NCBI GenBank assembly: GCA_947489135.1
Contig: CANLCU010000001.1
Span: 276-64,275, forward strand
Origin: Micrococcales bacterium
GTDB taxonomy: Bacteria; Actinomycetota; Actinomycetes; Actinomycetales; Microbacteriaceae
DNA length: 64,000 bases
Direction: 5' to 3'
Shown here piece after piece: positions 11,216-22,200 of this stretch. Both the position numbers and the translations under genes were made by a program. The notes beneath the pieces were generated by a model. It made no database searches. It worked only from the letters and a program-made list of their open reading frames with translations, and was not told where the DNA came from. The stretch's first letter is position 1; every line of letters starts with the position of its first letter.

Positions 11216-12031
11216 ATGACCGAATCAAATGAAGGCGTAAGACTTCAAAAAGTACTTGCTAACGCAGGAGTAGCTTCAAGACGTGCCAGCGAAGAGCTCA
11301 TTACCTCTGGAGCAGTGAAAGTAAACGGCAAGGTAGTAAAAGAACTTGGTAGCCGCATAGATCCAGAGGTGGACAAAGTATCTGTTCGAGGAACTCCAAT
11401 CCAGCTAGATGCATCTCGTGTCTACATGGCTTTGAATAAGCCAATCGGAGTTATCTCTTCAATGGCTGATGAGTTTGGTAGACCTGACCTAAGCCAATAT
11501 GCTCTTCGCTCTGACCGCATCTATAACGTAGGCAGACTAGACGCTGACACATCAGGACTTTTGATTCTGACTAACGATGGGGAACTAGCGAACATGCTTG
11601 CTCACCCTAAGTTTGGTGTTACTAAGACTTATGTGGCAAAAGTAGAAGGCACGGTCACAGCTCAAGAAATCAACAAGCTAACCACAGGTATTGAACTTGA
11701 AGATGGCATGATGAATGCCGACAAGGCAACCTTGATTGATTCAAACCCGTTTGAATCACTTATTGAGATTGTTATTCACTCAGGTAAAAACCGAGTTGTT
11801 AGAAGAATGTTTGAAGCTATCGGTCACCCAGTCAAAGACCTTGTTCGCAGACAGTTTGGTCCTGTGCATTTAGGTCCACTAAAGCCAGGTCAAACCAGAC
11901 TGCTAAGTAAAGTTGAAGTTGGAGCTCTGCTGAAATCTGCAGAAGGTAAACAGCAGCGAGCACCGAGACCCAGGTCCAAAGGCGGACAATCAGTCAAAGC
12001 TAAGCCGAAAGGACGAAGAAGTGGCGTTTAG
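11216..12031 (+). CDS. rluB: rRNA pseudouridine synthase, RluB/RsuA family
   Basis: S4 RLQKVLANAGVASRR, VGRLDADTSGLLILTNDG, GKNRVVRRM. Confidence 0.92.
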   Translation: MTESNEGVRLQKVLANAGVASRRASEELITSGAVKVNGKVVKELGSRIDPEVDKVSVRGTPIQLDASRVYMALNKPIGVISSMADEFGRPDLSQYALRSDRIYNVGRLDADTSGLLILTNDGELANMLAHPKFGVTKTYVAKVEGTVTAQEINKLTTGIELEDGMMNADKATLIDSNPFESLIEIVIHSGKNRVVRRMFEAIGHPVKDLVRRQFGPVHLGPLKPGQTRLLSKVEVGALLKSAEGKQQRAPRPRSKGGQSVKAKPKGRRSGV

Positions 12032-12383
12032 AGCAATCCGTGGAGCAGTCCAATTAGATTCAGATGATCGTGAGCATCTACTAAAGCTCACCGCTGAGTT
12101 GATTTCAAAGATGATGCATGCCAATAACTTGCACACCGATCAGCTCATCTCAATACTTTTCACAGCAACACCGGATATCACAAGCGAGTTCCCAGCCCTA
12201 GCGGCAAGAGAACTCGGCATCGGTGATGTTCCTCTCATGTGTTTTGTTGAAATGAATGTCCAAGGCTCAATGCCAAGAGTTGTCAGAGTGATGATCAACG
12301 CTGATTGTGATATTCCAAGATCTGAAATTCAGCACATTTACCTAAGAGGTGCTGCAGCTCTTAGATTGGACATTGCTCAGTGA
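12021..12383 (+). CDS. aroH: AroH-class chorismate mutase
   Basis: RAIRGA, FTATPD, FPALAAR, VPLMC..EM.V.GSMPR, HIYLRGA..LR.D. Confidence 0.93.
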   Translation: MAFRAIRGAVQLDSDDREHLLKLTAELISKMMHANNLHTDQLISILFTATPDITSEFPALAARELGIGDVPLMCFVEMNVQGSMPRVVRVMINADCDIPRSEIQHIYLRGAAALRLDIAQ

Positions 12384-13462
12384 GTGCTCGCACCAAAGGT
12401 CAAATACATGTAATTGGTGCTGGGCTTCTAGGCACCAGCATTGGCCTGTCTCTTCGCAAACTAAATGTTGATGTTTCTCTAGAGGATTCATCACCTGCAG
12501 TTCAATCACTTGCGATTGATTTCGGAGCTGGAAGAAACCTAGAAGCAAGTGATGATGTTGCGGTAGTCGTAGTTTGTGTTCCACCTGATGTAACAGCAGC
12601 AAGTATCGTCTCTGCTCTAAACAGATTTCCAAATGCAGTTGTAACTGATGTTGCTAGCGTCAAAGAGACAATCCTTGAAGAATTAGTAGCCTCAAATGCT
12701 GACACGTCAAGATACGTTGGCTCTCACCCAATGGCGGGTAGAGAAAAAGGCGGTGCTCTTTCAGGAAGACCAGACCTTTTCACAGGTAGACCTTGGGTCA
12801 TCGCAGTTGAGCCAAACACAAACACAGAAGCAGTTGATGTGGTTGAAAAGTTAGCGCTAGATCTTGGTGCCACCACCCTGCGACTTACTGCCAAGGAACA
12901 TGACAGGGCTGTCGCACTTATTTCTCACGCACCACAGGTAGTTTCAAGCCTTTTAGCTTCTAGATTGGTCGGAGCAGATGATTTTGATCTAGCTTTAGCT
13001 GGTCAAGGAGTTAGAGACACAACTCGTATTGCAGCCAGCGATCCAAAGCTATGGCTACAGATTCTTTCTATGAATGCAGATCAACTCATCCCAATTTTGA
13101 AGGCTTTCCAAGAAGACCTAGGTCAAGTTGTTAAAGCACTGGAAGATGTTACAGGTTCAGGATCTCTTGCCAAGATTGGCAGCGTTCTTGAAAGAGGAAA
13201 CCAGGGAATCTCAAGACTGCCAGGTAAGCATGGTTCTAGAAACACTTCTTATTCACAAGTTGTAGTGATGATTGATGACAAGCCTGGGGAGCTAGCTAGA
13301 TTACTCAATGAAATTGGCGATGCAGATGTCAACATCGAAGATTTGAAACTAGATCACGCAACAGGTGCTCAGGTTGGTCTAGTTGAACTATCTGTCTTGC
13401 CTGCAGCTGAACCAAAACTAATTGAGACTTTGAAAGTAAATGGCTGGCGGTTAGCAGGCTAA
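12380..13462 (+). CDS. tyrA: Prephenate dehydrogenase with C-terminal ACT domain
   Basis: IGAGLLGTS, TDVASVK, HPMAGRE, HDRAVALISH, RDTTRIA; ACT DDKPGELA. Confidence 0.93.
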   Translation: MSARTKGQIHVIGAGLLGTSIGLSLRKLNVDVSLEDSSPAVQSLAIDFGAGRNLEASDDVAVVVVCVPPDVTAASIVSALNRFPNAVVTDVASVKETILEELVASNADTSRYVGSHPMAGREKGGALSGRPDLFTGRPWVIAVEPNTNTEAVDVVEKLALDLGATTLRLTAKEHDRAVALISHAPQVVSSLLASRLVGADDFDLALAGQGVRDTTRIAASDPKLWLQILSMNADQLIPILKAFQEDLGQVVKALEDVTGSGSLAKIGSVLERGNQGISRLPGKHGSRNTSYSQVVVMIDDKPGELARLLNEIGDADVNIEDLKLDHATGAQVGLVELSVLPAAEPKLIETLKVNGWRLAG

Positions 13463-14110
13463 ATGCATATCGTTGCAATCGATGGACCAGCAGGTTCCGG
13501 CAAATCAAGTGTTAGTAAGGCATGTGCCAAGGAACTAGGCTTCGGCTACCTAGACACCGGAGCTGCCTATAGGGCTCTTACCTATGCTGTTCAGAATCTT
13601 GGCTTAGTGGTAGCTGATGCAACAGCAGAAGAGATTGCGGCTAACTTCGACTATTCGATTTCGCTAGATCCATTGGATTACTGGGTAAAAGTAGGCGAAA
13701 AGGATGTTACCTACGAGATTAGAACACCTCAAGTAGGCGAAGGGGTAAGCCAGTTCGCTGGTTTAGCTCAGGTTCGCCAGTACATGTTGGACCTAACTAG
13801 GGCCCTAGTTCAGCATTCAGGTCTAGCCGGGGTCATTGTTGAAGGTCGGGATATCACCACAAAGGTCTTCCCTGAAGCAAAAACTCGTATTCTGCTAACT
13901 GCTAGTGAAGAAGTTAGACTAGGAAGACGTTCCGCTGAACTTCCAGAAGGCACCGTAGTTGCCGATCAAGTTACTAAACGCGACCAAAACGACTCTAAAG
14001 TAGTTGATTTTCTCGTGCCTGCCCCAGGAGTAATGCTGGTAGATTCCACGGATCTTGATTTTGATCAGACTGTTAGAGCTATTACTGCTCTTTCGGTCAA
14101 CAACAAGTAA
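13463..14110 (+). CDS. cmk: Cytidylate kinase
   Basis: AIDGPAGSGKSS, YLDTGAAYRA, VEGRDI, RDQNDS. Confidence 0.95.
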   Translation: MHIVAIDGPAGSGKSSVSKACAKELGFGYLDTGAAYRALTYAVQNLGLVVADATAEEIAANFDYSISLDPLDYWVKVGEKDVTYEIRTPQVGEGVSQFAGLAQVRQYMLDLTRALVQHSGLAGVIVEGRDITTKVFPEAKTRILLTASEEVRLGRRSAELPEGTVVADQVTKRDQNDSKVVDFLVPAPGVMLVDSTDLDFDQTVRAITALSVNNK

Positions 14111-14119
14111 GAGGCAAAG

Positions 14120-15631
14120 ATGGACGAACAAGAATTTCATGAAGAAGGGCTAGACCCTGCGTTCATTGAGCGTCTGAACTCAATCACAACCGATGAGGAA
14201 GAGGCGAGAGTCAATGCGCTTCGTGCCGGTCTTGCTGACTATGAGCTAGACGAAGAAGACATTGAAGTCCTGGAACAAATTGGAGCAGCTGAAGGCGTTC
14301 CAGTATTACTTCCAGCTCTACCAGTACTAGCAATTGTTGGTAGACCGAATGTTGGTAAGTCTGCTCTTGTAAACAGAATCATCGGAAGACGTGAAGCTGT
14401 TGTTGAAGATAAGCCAGGAGTTACCCGCGACCGTGTCTCATACAAAGCTGAATGGAACGGTCGTAAATACACACTTGTTGACACCGGTGGTTGGGAACCA
14501 GATGCCAAGGGTATTGATAAGTCAGTGGCCCTTCAAGCAGAGATCGCAGTTGAACTTGCTGATGCAGTTCTTTTCGTTGTTGATGCAACCGTAGGTCCAA
14601 CAGCAACTGATGAACGAGTTGTGAAAATGCTTCGTGCTAGCAAGAAGCCTGTAATGCTTCTAGCTAACAAAGTAGATGATGAGCGCATGGAAGCAGAAGC
14701 TGCTTCACTCTGGTCTTTAGGTTTGGGTGAACCATATCCTGTATCTGCTCTTCACGGTAGGGGAGTTGCCGATGTTCTAGACAAGATCATCGCTGTGCTT
14801 CCTGAAGTATCTGCTGTTGCTAAGCAAGAGTTTGGTGGACCAAGAAGAGTTGCAATCATCGGTAGACCAAACGTAGGTAAGTCTTCACTTTTGAATAAAG
14901 CAGTTGGTTCAGAGCGTGCAGTTGTCAACGACCTAGCTGGAACAACAAGAGACCCTGTTGATGAACAGGTTGAACTAGGCGGAAAAGTTTGGCGTTTTAT
15001 TGACACCGCAGGTATCAGAAGAAGAGTGCACCTTGCTCAAGGAGCTGACTTCTATGCATCCCTTAGAACAGCATCTGCTCTGGAAAGAGCAGAAGTAGCA
15101 GTAGTAGTTCTAGATGTCACAGAGAAGATCAGCGAAGCAGATATTCGAATTGTCGACATGGCTTTGGAGTCAGGTCGTTGTTTAGTTCTTGCTTTCAACA
15201 AGTGGGACAACATGGATGAAGATCGCAGAGAGTTCCTTGAAAGAGAAATCGAACAAGACCTAGCTCACGTAGCTTGGGCTCCTCGAGTAAACATCTCAGC
15301 CAAGACTGGCCGCCACCTTGAGAAGCTAGTTCCAGCATTGGAAGTTGCCCTTGATTCATGGGATACCAGAATTCCAACTGGAAAGCTAAATGCTTTTGTT
15401 CAGGAACTTGCAATGGAGTTCCCTCACCCTGTTCGCGGTGGTAAGCAGCCTAGAATCCTTTTCGCAACTCAGGCAAGCTCGAGGCCTCCTAAGTTTGTTC
15501 TCTTCACAACTGGATTCCTTGACCCTGGTTACAGAAGATTCATTATTAGAAGACTTCGTGAGACTTACGGTTTCGAAGGAACTCCTATCGAACTTGGTAT
15601 GAGAGTGCGAGAAAAGCGCAAGCGCTCGTAG
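14120..15631 (+). CDS. der: Ribosome biogenesis GTPase Der
   Basis: Two GTPase domains (GRPNVGKS twice, DTGG/DTAG, NKVD/NKWD) plus KH-like C-terminus. Confidence 0.97.
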   Translation: MDEQEFHEEGLDPAFIERLNSITTDEEEARVNALRAGLADYELDEEDIEVLEQIGAAEGVPVLLPALPVLAIVGRPNVGKSALVNRIIGRREAVVEDKPGVTRDRVSYKAEWNGRKYTLVDTGGWEPDAKGIDKSVALQAEIAVELADAVLFVVDATVGPTATDERVVKMLRASKKPVMLLANKVDDERMEAEAASLWSLGLGEPYPVSALHGRGVADVLDKIIAVLPEVSAVAKQEFGGPRRVAIIGRPNVGKSSLLNKAVGSERAVVNDLAGTTRDPVDEQVELGGKVWRFIDTAGIRRRVHLAQGADFYASLRTASALERAEVAVVVLDVTEKISEADIRIVDMALESGRCLVLAFNKWDNMDEDRREFLEREIEQDLAHVAWAPRVNISAKTGRHLEKLVPALEVALDSWDTRIPTGKLNAFVQELAMEFPHPVRGGKQPRILFATQASSRPPKFVLFTTGFLDPGYRRFIIRRLRETYGFEGTPIELGMRVREKRKRS

Positions 15632-15661
15632 TATTTGATTACAGCTATCAACTAGGAAATC

Positions 15662-16282
15662 ATGGCCGATAACAATCTTCACTTGAGCGATAAAGTGCTC
15701 ACCTGGCCCAACGTCTTGAGTGCTTTACGTTTGGCGCTTGTGCCGGTGTTTCTGTGGCTAATCCTTATCGATGAAAATCTCATAGCCTTCTCAGTCCTTG
15801 CTTTCTCAAGTTTCACTGATTGGCTAGATGGATATCTTGCTAGAAAACTCAATCAGATGACCAGATTGGGTCAGCTCTTAGACCCAGCAGCTGATCGATT
15901 GTTTATCTTGGCATCCTTGCTAGGTCTAGCAATAACTAACGCAGTTCCATGGTGGTTGGTCTTTGTAGTAGTAGGGCGAGACTTCCTACTCTTCTTCACA
16001 TTCCCTTTCCTAGCTAAAGCAGGCTACGGGCCGCTACCTGTTAACTACTCGGGTAAGGCCGGAACATTCGCCCTACTTTATGCCTTCCCACTGATGCTTT
16101 TGCCTAATGTCCTACCTGTTGGCTGGACCAATGTCATCCTTCCAATTGCCTGGGCTTTCGCCTTCTGGGGCATCTGGCTCTACTGGTGGGCAGGGGCAAT
16201 CTATGTGCGTCAGGTTTATAACATCCGGAAAATAGACAGGGAAAATTCAAGTATTCTTGTCTCTAAGAAGGAGAGCAAGTGA
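15662..16282 (+). CDS. CDP-alcohol phosphatidyltransferase (PgsA2-like)
   Basis: PNVLSALR, DWLDGYLARKLNQMTRLGQLLDPAADR; hydrophobic. Confidence 0.93.
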   Translation: MADNNLHLSDKVLTWPNVLSALRLALVPVFLWLILIDENLIAFSVLAFSSFTDWLDGYLARKLNQMTRLGQLLDPAADRLFILASLLGLAITNAVPWWLVFVVVGRDFLLFFTFPFLAKAGYGPLPVNYSGKAGTFALLYAFPLMLLPNVLPVGWTNVILPIAWAFAFWGIWLYWWAGAIYVRQVYNIRKIDRENSSILVSKKESK

Positions 16283-16707
16283 ACGAGCATAAAGACCCAG
16301 CTGATTCAGTTGACGCTACTCACAAATTCTCCGAAGACCTGATTCCGGTCGATGCTAATTCCCTAAGCGAAGAAGACCAGCAAGCTGTCGATTCTCTTCC
16401 AACAGGCAACGCTCTTCTAATTGTTCGACGCGGACCAAACAAAGGATCGCGCTTCTTACTTGACTCAGATTTGATTTCAATTGGTAGACACCCTAACGCA
16501 GACATCTTCCTAGATGATGTGACAGTTTCCAGAAGACATTCTGAGATCTCTAGAAACGGATCAGTTTTCACGATCAAGGATCTAACCTCTCTAAACGGAA
16601 CTTATTTTGAAGGTAAGAGAGTAGAAACTGCTGAATTGTTTAATGGGGCTGAAGTTCAGGTTGGTAAGTACCACTTCACTTTTTACACATCTAAGAGAAG
16701 TAGCTAG
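16279..16707 (+). CDS. garA: FHA-domain protein GarA/OdhI
   Basis: ALLIVRRGPNKGSRFLLD, GRHPNADIFLDDVTVSRRH, SLNGTY, EVQVGKY; pgsA-FHA-MerR synteny. Confidence 0.88.
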   Translation: MNEHKDPADSVDATHKFSEDLIPVDANSLSEEDQQAVDSLPTGNALLIVRRGPNKGSRFLLDSDLISIGRHPNADIFLDDVTVSRRHSEISRNGSVFTIKDLTSLNGTYFEGKRVETAELFNGAEVQVGKYHFTFYTSKRSS

Positions 16708-16709
16708 AG

Positions 16710-17393
16710 ATGGCAAGTAGCGAAGTAACCAGCTTGTTCGGAGCGAGAGCGGTAAAGCTCTCGACAATTGGTCGAGTCATTGAACTTCTAACTTCAGAAT
16801 TTCCTGACCTAACCCCATCTAAGATTCGTTTCTTAGAGGAGCAGGGTCTTGTCACTCCGCACAGAACTGAATCTGGTTACAGAAAGTTCAGTGACACTGA
16901 CATCGAAAGAGTGAAACTAGTTCTTGAATTACAGCGAGACAAGTTCCTTCCACTTCGAGTTATCAAGTCATACCTTGATGACATTGATGCCGGTAAGCAG
17001 CCATCCCTACCATCAGCTACAAGAAGACCAAGCGTTAATCGTAAGTTTTCAAAACTTGAGCTTGTTGCCGAATCAGGCATCAACGAGACACTTCTTGCCG
17101 AAGCACAGGCAAACTCACTGATCTCTGCAGGACCTTTTGAATTCAGCGACATCGAGATTGCTCGATCTCTTATGCAACTATCCCGCTTTGGAATTTCTGC
17201 TAGACATCTTCGTGGCATCAAAACAGCAGCGGATAGAGACCTGGGTCTTATCAATGGTGTTGTTGCCAGCGTTAAGAAACAACGCGACCCTTCAGCTAAA
17301 TCAAGGGCTGCAGAGTATGCCAGTGAGATTGAATCTCACTTTGCGGTAATTAGATCGGAACTAATCCGGTCTGTTATCGATAAAATCGACTAA
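16710..17393 (+). CDS. ftsR: MerR-type regulator, FtsR/Rv1828-like
   Basis: IGRVIELL..EFPDLTPSKIRFLEEQGLVTPHRTESGYRKF, LQRDKFLPLRVIK, GISARHLR; directly after garA/odhI as in Corynebacterium. Confidence 0.8.
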   Translation: MASSEVTSLFGARAVKLSTIGRVIELLTSEFPDLTPSKIRFLEEQGLVTPHRTESGYRKFSDTDIERVKLVLELQRDKFLPLRVIKSYLDDIDAGKQPSLPSATRRPSVNRKFSKLELVAESGINETLLAEAQANSLISAGPFEFSDIEIARSLMQLSRFGISARHLRGIKTAADRDLGLINGVVASVKKQRDPSAKSRAAEYASEIESHFAVIRSELIRSVIDKID

Positions 17394-17503
17394 GGCGACA
17401 CGCCGAAGAAGAATATTAACCAACCTAAGTGGGAGATAACCACAAGAATTAAGAAAAGGTTCATGTTCTACTTGAACTTTATAGACACTGAGAGGAGGCC
17501 AGA

Positions 17504-18112
17504 ATGGACGAGTTAAACCCTGAAAAACCTGCAAAAAACAGCGAACCTACCACCGAAACTGGCCGTATTAACCTCAGTGAAGCTAGCGAATTCGCATATC
17601 TTCAAGATGAACTATTCCTAGAAGAACAGCCTTGGCATGACCCAAAGGTGGGTTACCGAGGACACTCAGCAGCTGCAGCCTCAGGAATTAGCTACCGCCA
17701 GTTGGACTACTGGGATAGTACAGCTCTAGTTCAGCCAAGCGTAAGAGGAGCATCCGGTTCAGGATCTCAAAGACTTTATTCATTCCGCGACATTCTTGTT
17801 CTAAAACTTGTAAAGAAGTTCTTGGATGCTGGGGTTTCACTTCAGCAGATCAGAAAAGCTGTTGGGGAGCTTAGAAAAGCCGGTATTGGTGATCTAGCTC
17901 GTATTACTTTGATTTCTGATGGAGCAAAGGTTTACCTCTGCACCTCAGGCGACCAGGTTATTGACCTTATTGATAAGGGCCAGGGTGTATTTGGAATTTC
18001 AGTAGGTCGTGTGCTTGGTGAGGTTGAAGCAACTTTGAGCAGCATTGATCCTTCTTACCTTGAAGAGATGGATGAACTAACTCTTCGTCGTCTGAACAAG
18101 AAGGCTATTTAG
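17504..18112 (+). CDS. MerR-type regulator, Rv1830/McdR-like
   Basis: GYRG..AAAASGISYRQLDYW, PSVRGASGSGSQRLYSFRDILVLK, GQGVFGI; SD GAGGAGG. Confidence 0.88.
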   Translation: MDELNPEKPAKNSEPTTETGRINLSEASEFAYLQDELFLEEQPWHDPKVGYRGHSAAAASGISYRQLDYWDSTALVQPSVRGASGSGSQRLYSFRDILVLKLVKKFLDAGVSLQQIRKAVGELRKAGIGDLARITLISDGAKVYLCTSGDQVIDLIDKGQGVFGISVGRVLGEVEATLSSIDPSYLEEMDELTLRRLNKKAI

Positions 18113-19160
18113 TCTCTTCTTCTGGATTTTGTTCCAGTAGGTTATTCAATTGCTTTTTAGTCATTGTTTGACGCAGAATCTCATTCCACTTTTCTTCATA
18201 CTCAGGCGATACCGGAGCATTTTCCACGGGATCAATTCTTGGAGCTGTCGCTTCAGCTTCAATTTCAATCTTTTTAGTGCTCTTGGAGATAGGTGCAGGA
18301 CCCACATCTCGAGTTCTCTTGGAATACCTATTCTTTGAGGCAGCTTTTCTGCTGGTCTCTAGTCGAGTCATGTTCTCCGAAGCAAAAGATTGCTGCAGTT
18401 GTTCTAATAGGTCTTCATATTGAATAGCAATCTTGGCAGCACTCTGGCCAGGCCATGAATGTATTGATCTTCCTGCACCCTGTGACTGTTGAACAGCTGA
18501 CTTCTCCTCAAATGCTGGGCTCAGTAGGAAAGGACCATATGTTTCTTCAAGTTCATTAACTCGATACTGATGCTCAGCAACACTTGGTCTAAGGCGGTTG
18601 ATTACAACACCAAAGAGAGAAACCTGTCTGTTCACACTTTTACGAAGTTCGGTAAATGCCTTCATGGCATTCTCAACTCCGAGCAGAGCATTAATCGAAG
18701 GCTCAGTAACAAGAAGCACTCGGTCGCTGGCAACCCAAGCCATTCTGGTCAAAGCATTCATGCTTGGGGGAGTATCGATTAGAACAAGGTCGTAATCAGC
18801 CTCTATTTTGGCTAGGGCTTCCTCTAGATTCCAGAGGGACTTGAAGGAAGGCTTGGTGGTGTTTCTAAGACTAAGTCTTGGGTTTCCAGCCATGATGTCC
18901 AGGCGGCCTGTCTGTCCCTTTGCCCAAGATGAGGCTACAATTGCTTTCAACACAGAGTTGTGTCGGGGTTTCTTGATGACTTCAGCTGCTGAATATTCAA
19001 ATTCCCCAACCGCACCTAAACAGTTGCTAGCGTTGCATTGAGGATCCAAGTCGATTACCAATGTTCTAAGGCCTTTAGTCATGGCGGCAGAGGCAAGGCC
19101 CAAAGTTATAGTGGTCTTACCAACTCCGCCCTTAAGGGCACTAACGCTTAAAACATGCAC
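18105..19160 (-). CDS. ParA family ATPase with C-terminal extension
   Basis: SALKGGVGKTT, DLDPQ, IDTPPS; about 90 extra low-complexity residues at the C-terminus. Confidence 0.88.
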   Translation of the reverse strand: MHVLSVSALKGGVGKTTITLGLASAAMTKGLRTLVIDLDPQCNASNCLGAVGEFEYSAAEVIKKPRHNSVLKAIVASSWAKGQTGRLDIMAGNPRLSLRNTTKPSFKSLWNLEEALAKIEADYDLVLIDTPPSMNALTRMAWVASDRVLLVTEPSINALLGVENAMKAFTELRKSVNRQVSLFGVVINRLRPSVAEHQYRVNELEETYGPFLLSPAFEEKSAVQQSQGAGRSIHSWPGQSAAKIAIQYEDLLEQLQQSFASENMTRLETSRKAASKNRYSKRTRDVGPAPISKSTKKIEIEAEATAPRIDPVENAPVSPEYEEKWNEILRQTMTKKQLNNLLEQNPEEETK

Positions 19161-19228
19161 CCGTCTAGGCTACCTTTTGATTTAGGTGCAAGCCACTATT
19201 TAGTCCGTTTGCCTTTAGTTAGGAACTC

Positions 19229-22200
19229 GTGTTCAAAAAGATTCTGGTCGCCAACCGAGGCGAGATAGCCATTCGAGCGTTTCGCGCTGCCTACGAGCTC
19301 GGGGCTAAGACAGTAGCCGTTTTTGCGTACGAAGACAGAAATTCTTCACACAGACTAAAAGCCGATGAGGCATATCAGATTGGTGAATTAGGCCATCCAG
19401 TTAGGGCTTATCTAGATGTTGACGAGATCATCAGAGTTGCCAAGGAATGTGGTGCTGATGCTATTTACCCAGGTTATGGATTTCTTTCAGAGAACCCGCA
19501 CCTTGCTGAAGCAGCCGCAGCAAATGGAATTGTCTTTATCGGTCCAGGTTCATACGTACTAGAACTAGCTGGTAACAAGGTCAACGCTAAAGAAGCAGCA
19601 ATCGCAGCAAACGTTCCAGTATTAAAGTATTCTATTCAATCTGCAGATATTGATGAACTAGTGAAGGCATCTGTTGGTTTTGGTTTCCCACTGTTTGTTA
19701 AAGCTGTTGCCGGTGGTGGTGGCCGCGGTATGCGAAGAGTTGCTGAGGAATCAGAACTTAGAGGTGCTCTAGGTGAGGCAATGCGCGAAGCAGAGTCTGC
19801 TTTTGGTGATGCCAGAGTATTCCTTGAACAAGCTGTGCTTCGTCCAAGACACATTGAAGTTCAGATTCTTGCGGATAGCCAAGGAAATGTAGTTCACCTA
19901 TTTGAACGCGACTGTTCAGTGCAAAGAAGAAACCAAAAAGTTGTAGAGATTGCACCAGCGCCAAACCTTGATGAAACACTTCGTCAGGAACTATACAAAG
20001 ATGCAATTGCTTTTGCTAAACAGATTGGCTACCTAAACGCCGGAACTGTTGAATTCCTAATTGACACAGTTGGGCCTAATGCAGGTAAGCACGTGTTCAT
20101 CGAAATGAATCCACGTATTCAGGTCGAGCACACAGTCACTGAAGAAATTACTGAAGTTGACCTTGTTCAATCTCAGATGAGAATTGCTGCAGGAGAGTCA
20201 CTAGTTGAACTAGGTCTAACTCAAGACAAGATTGAAATGCATGGCTTTGCTATTCAGTGTCGTATTACTACTGAAGATCCTTCAGCTGGCTTTAGACCAG
20301 ACACTGGAAAGATAACTACCTACAGATCTCCAGGTGGAGCGGGTATTCGACTAGATGGTGGAACAACTGCTACTGGTAGCGAAGTAAGCCCCTACTTTGA
20401 TTCACTGCTTGTAAAGCTAATCACTAGAGGTAGGGACCTACCTGCTGCAGTAAGCAGAGCCTCAAGAGCTCTTGCAGAATTTAGAATTCGTGGAGTTTCT
20501 ACCAACATCGCCTTCCTACAGGGCGTGCTTTCTGACCCAAGCTTTAGAGCAGGGGAACTAAGTACTGCATTCATTGGAGAAAGACCTGAACTTCTAAACT
20601 CTTACCCATCCCTTGACCGAGGAACCAAGATCCTCAACTGGTTAGCTGAAGTAACAGTGAACCAACCTTATGGAACTAGAGGAAACCTAGTTTCCCCAGC
20701 TAGCAAGCTACCAAAGCTTGATCTAACTAAGGAAGCTCCAGCTGGTTCTAGACAGCAACTTCTAGAACTTGGTCCAGTAGCTTTTGCTAAGGCTCTTCGC
20801 AATCAGGGTCCAGTTGCTATCACTGATACAACTTTCAGAGATGCCCACCAATCTCTTCTTGCTACCAGAGTGAGAAGCAGAGATCTGTTTCAGGTTGCAC
20901 CTTACGAAGCAAGAATTCTAAACAAGCTTTTCTCTGTTGAAGCGTGGGGAGGAGCAACCTACGATGTTGCGCTTCGCTTCCTAGGAGAAGATCCTTGGGC
21001 AAGACTTGTTTCTCTTCGTTCAGCTATGCCGAACATTTGTATTCAGATGTTACTTAGAGGAAGAAACACTGTTGGTTACACTCCATACCCAGTAGAAGTA
21101 ACCGATGCTTTCGTAAAAGAAGCAACGCTTGCTGGTGTGGACATCTTCAGAATCTTTGATGCTCTAAATGATGTGAACCAAATGATTCCTGCAATTGATG
21201 CAGTTCTAAAAACAAAGACAGCAGTTGCTGAAGTTGGAATTTGTTACACCGGAGATCTACTCGACCCTAAAGAAGATCTATACACACTTGACTACTATCT
21301 AAAACTTGCCAAGCAAATAGTTGATGCTGGTGCCCACATCATCGCAATTAAAGATATGGCAGGTCTTCTCAGGCCTCAGGCTGCTGCGAAGTTAGTTACT
21401 GCTCTTCGAGCAGAGTTTGATCTTCCAATTCATCTTCACACTCATGACACAGCAGGTGGTCAGCTAGCTACTCTTATGGCTGCAATCGATGCAGGTGTTG
21501 ACGCAGTTGATGTTGCATCTGCTCCTATGGCTGGAACTACTAGCCAACCTTCTGCTTCTGCGCTTGTTGCTGCACTTGCAAACACCGATAGAGACTCAGG
21601 CATTTCACTAGATGAGATAACTGCGTTGGAACCATATTGGGAAGCAGTTAGAAATGTTTACGCACCATTTGAATCTGGTTTGGCAGGCCCTACCGGTCGT
21701 GTTTATAGACACGAGATTCCAGGTGGTCAGCTGAGCAACCTAAGACAGCAAGCAATTGCTCTAGGTCTAGGAAATCAATTCGAACGTGTCGAAGACATGT
21801 ACGCAGCTGCCAACCAGATTCTAGGAAGACCACCGAAGGTAACTCCTTCATCAAAGGTTGTTGGTGATCTTGCACTTCACTTGGTTGCAGTAAATGCAGA
21901 TCCAGCTGACTTTGCTTTGAACCCACAAAACTATGACATCCCTGACTCAGTCATTGGATTCATGGCAGGGGAGCTAGGGGATTTGCCAGGTGGCTGGCCA
22001 GAACCTTTCAGAACCAAAGTTCTTGAGGGTAAGAACATCAAGTTTGGGCTTACTGAGCTGTCTAAAGAAGATCTAGAGAACCTCAACTCAGAGGATGCTC
22101 AGATAAGAAGAGGGACTCTCAACAGACTGCTCTTCCCAGGCCCTACCAAGGACTTTGAAAAGGCTAGAGCAAGCTTTGGCAACCTAGACGCAGTTGACAC

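Noticed and set aside
14120-14310. Acidic N-terminal extension of Der as a novelty
   Set aside because: Similar extensions are common in Micrococcales Der proteins as far as I recall.
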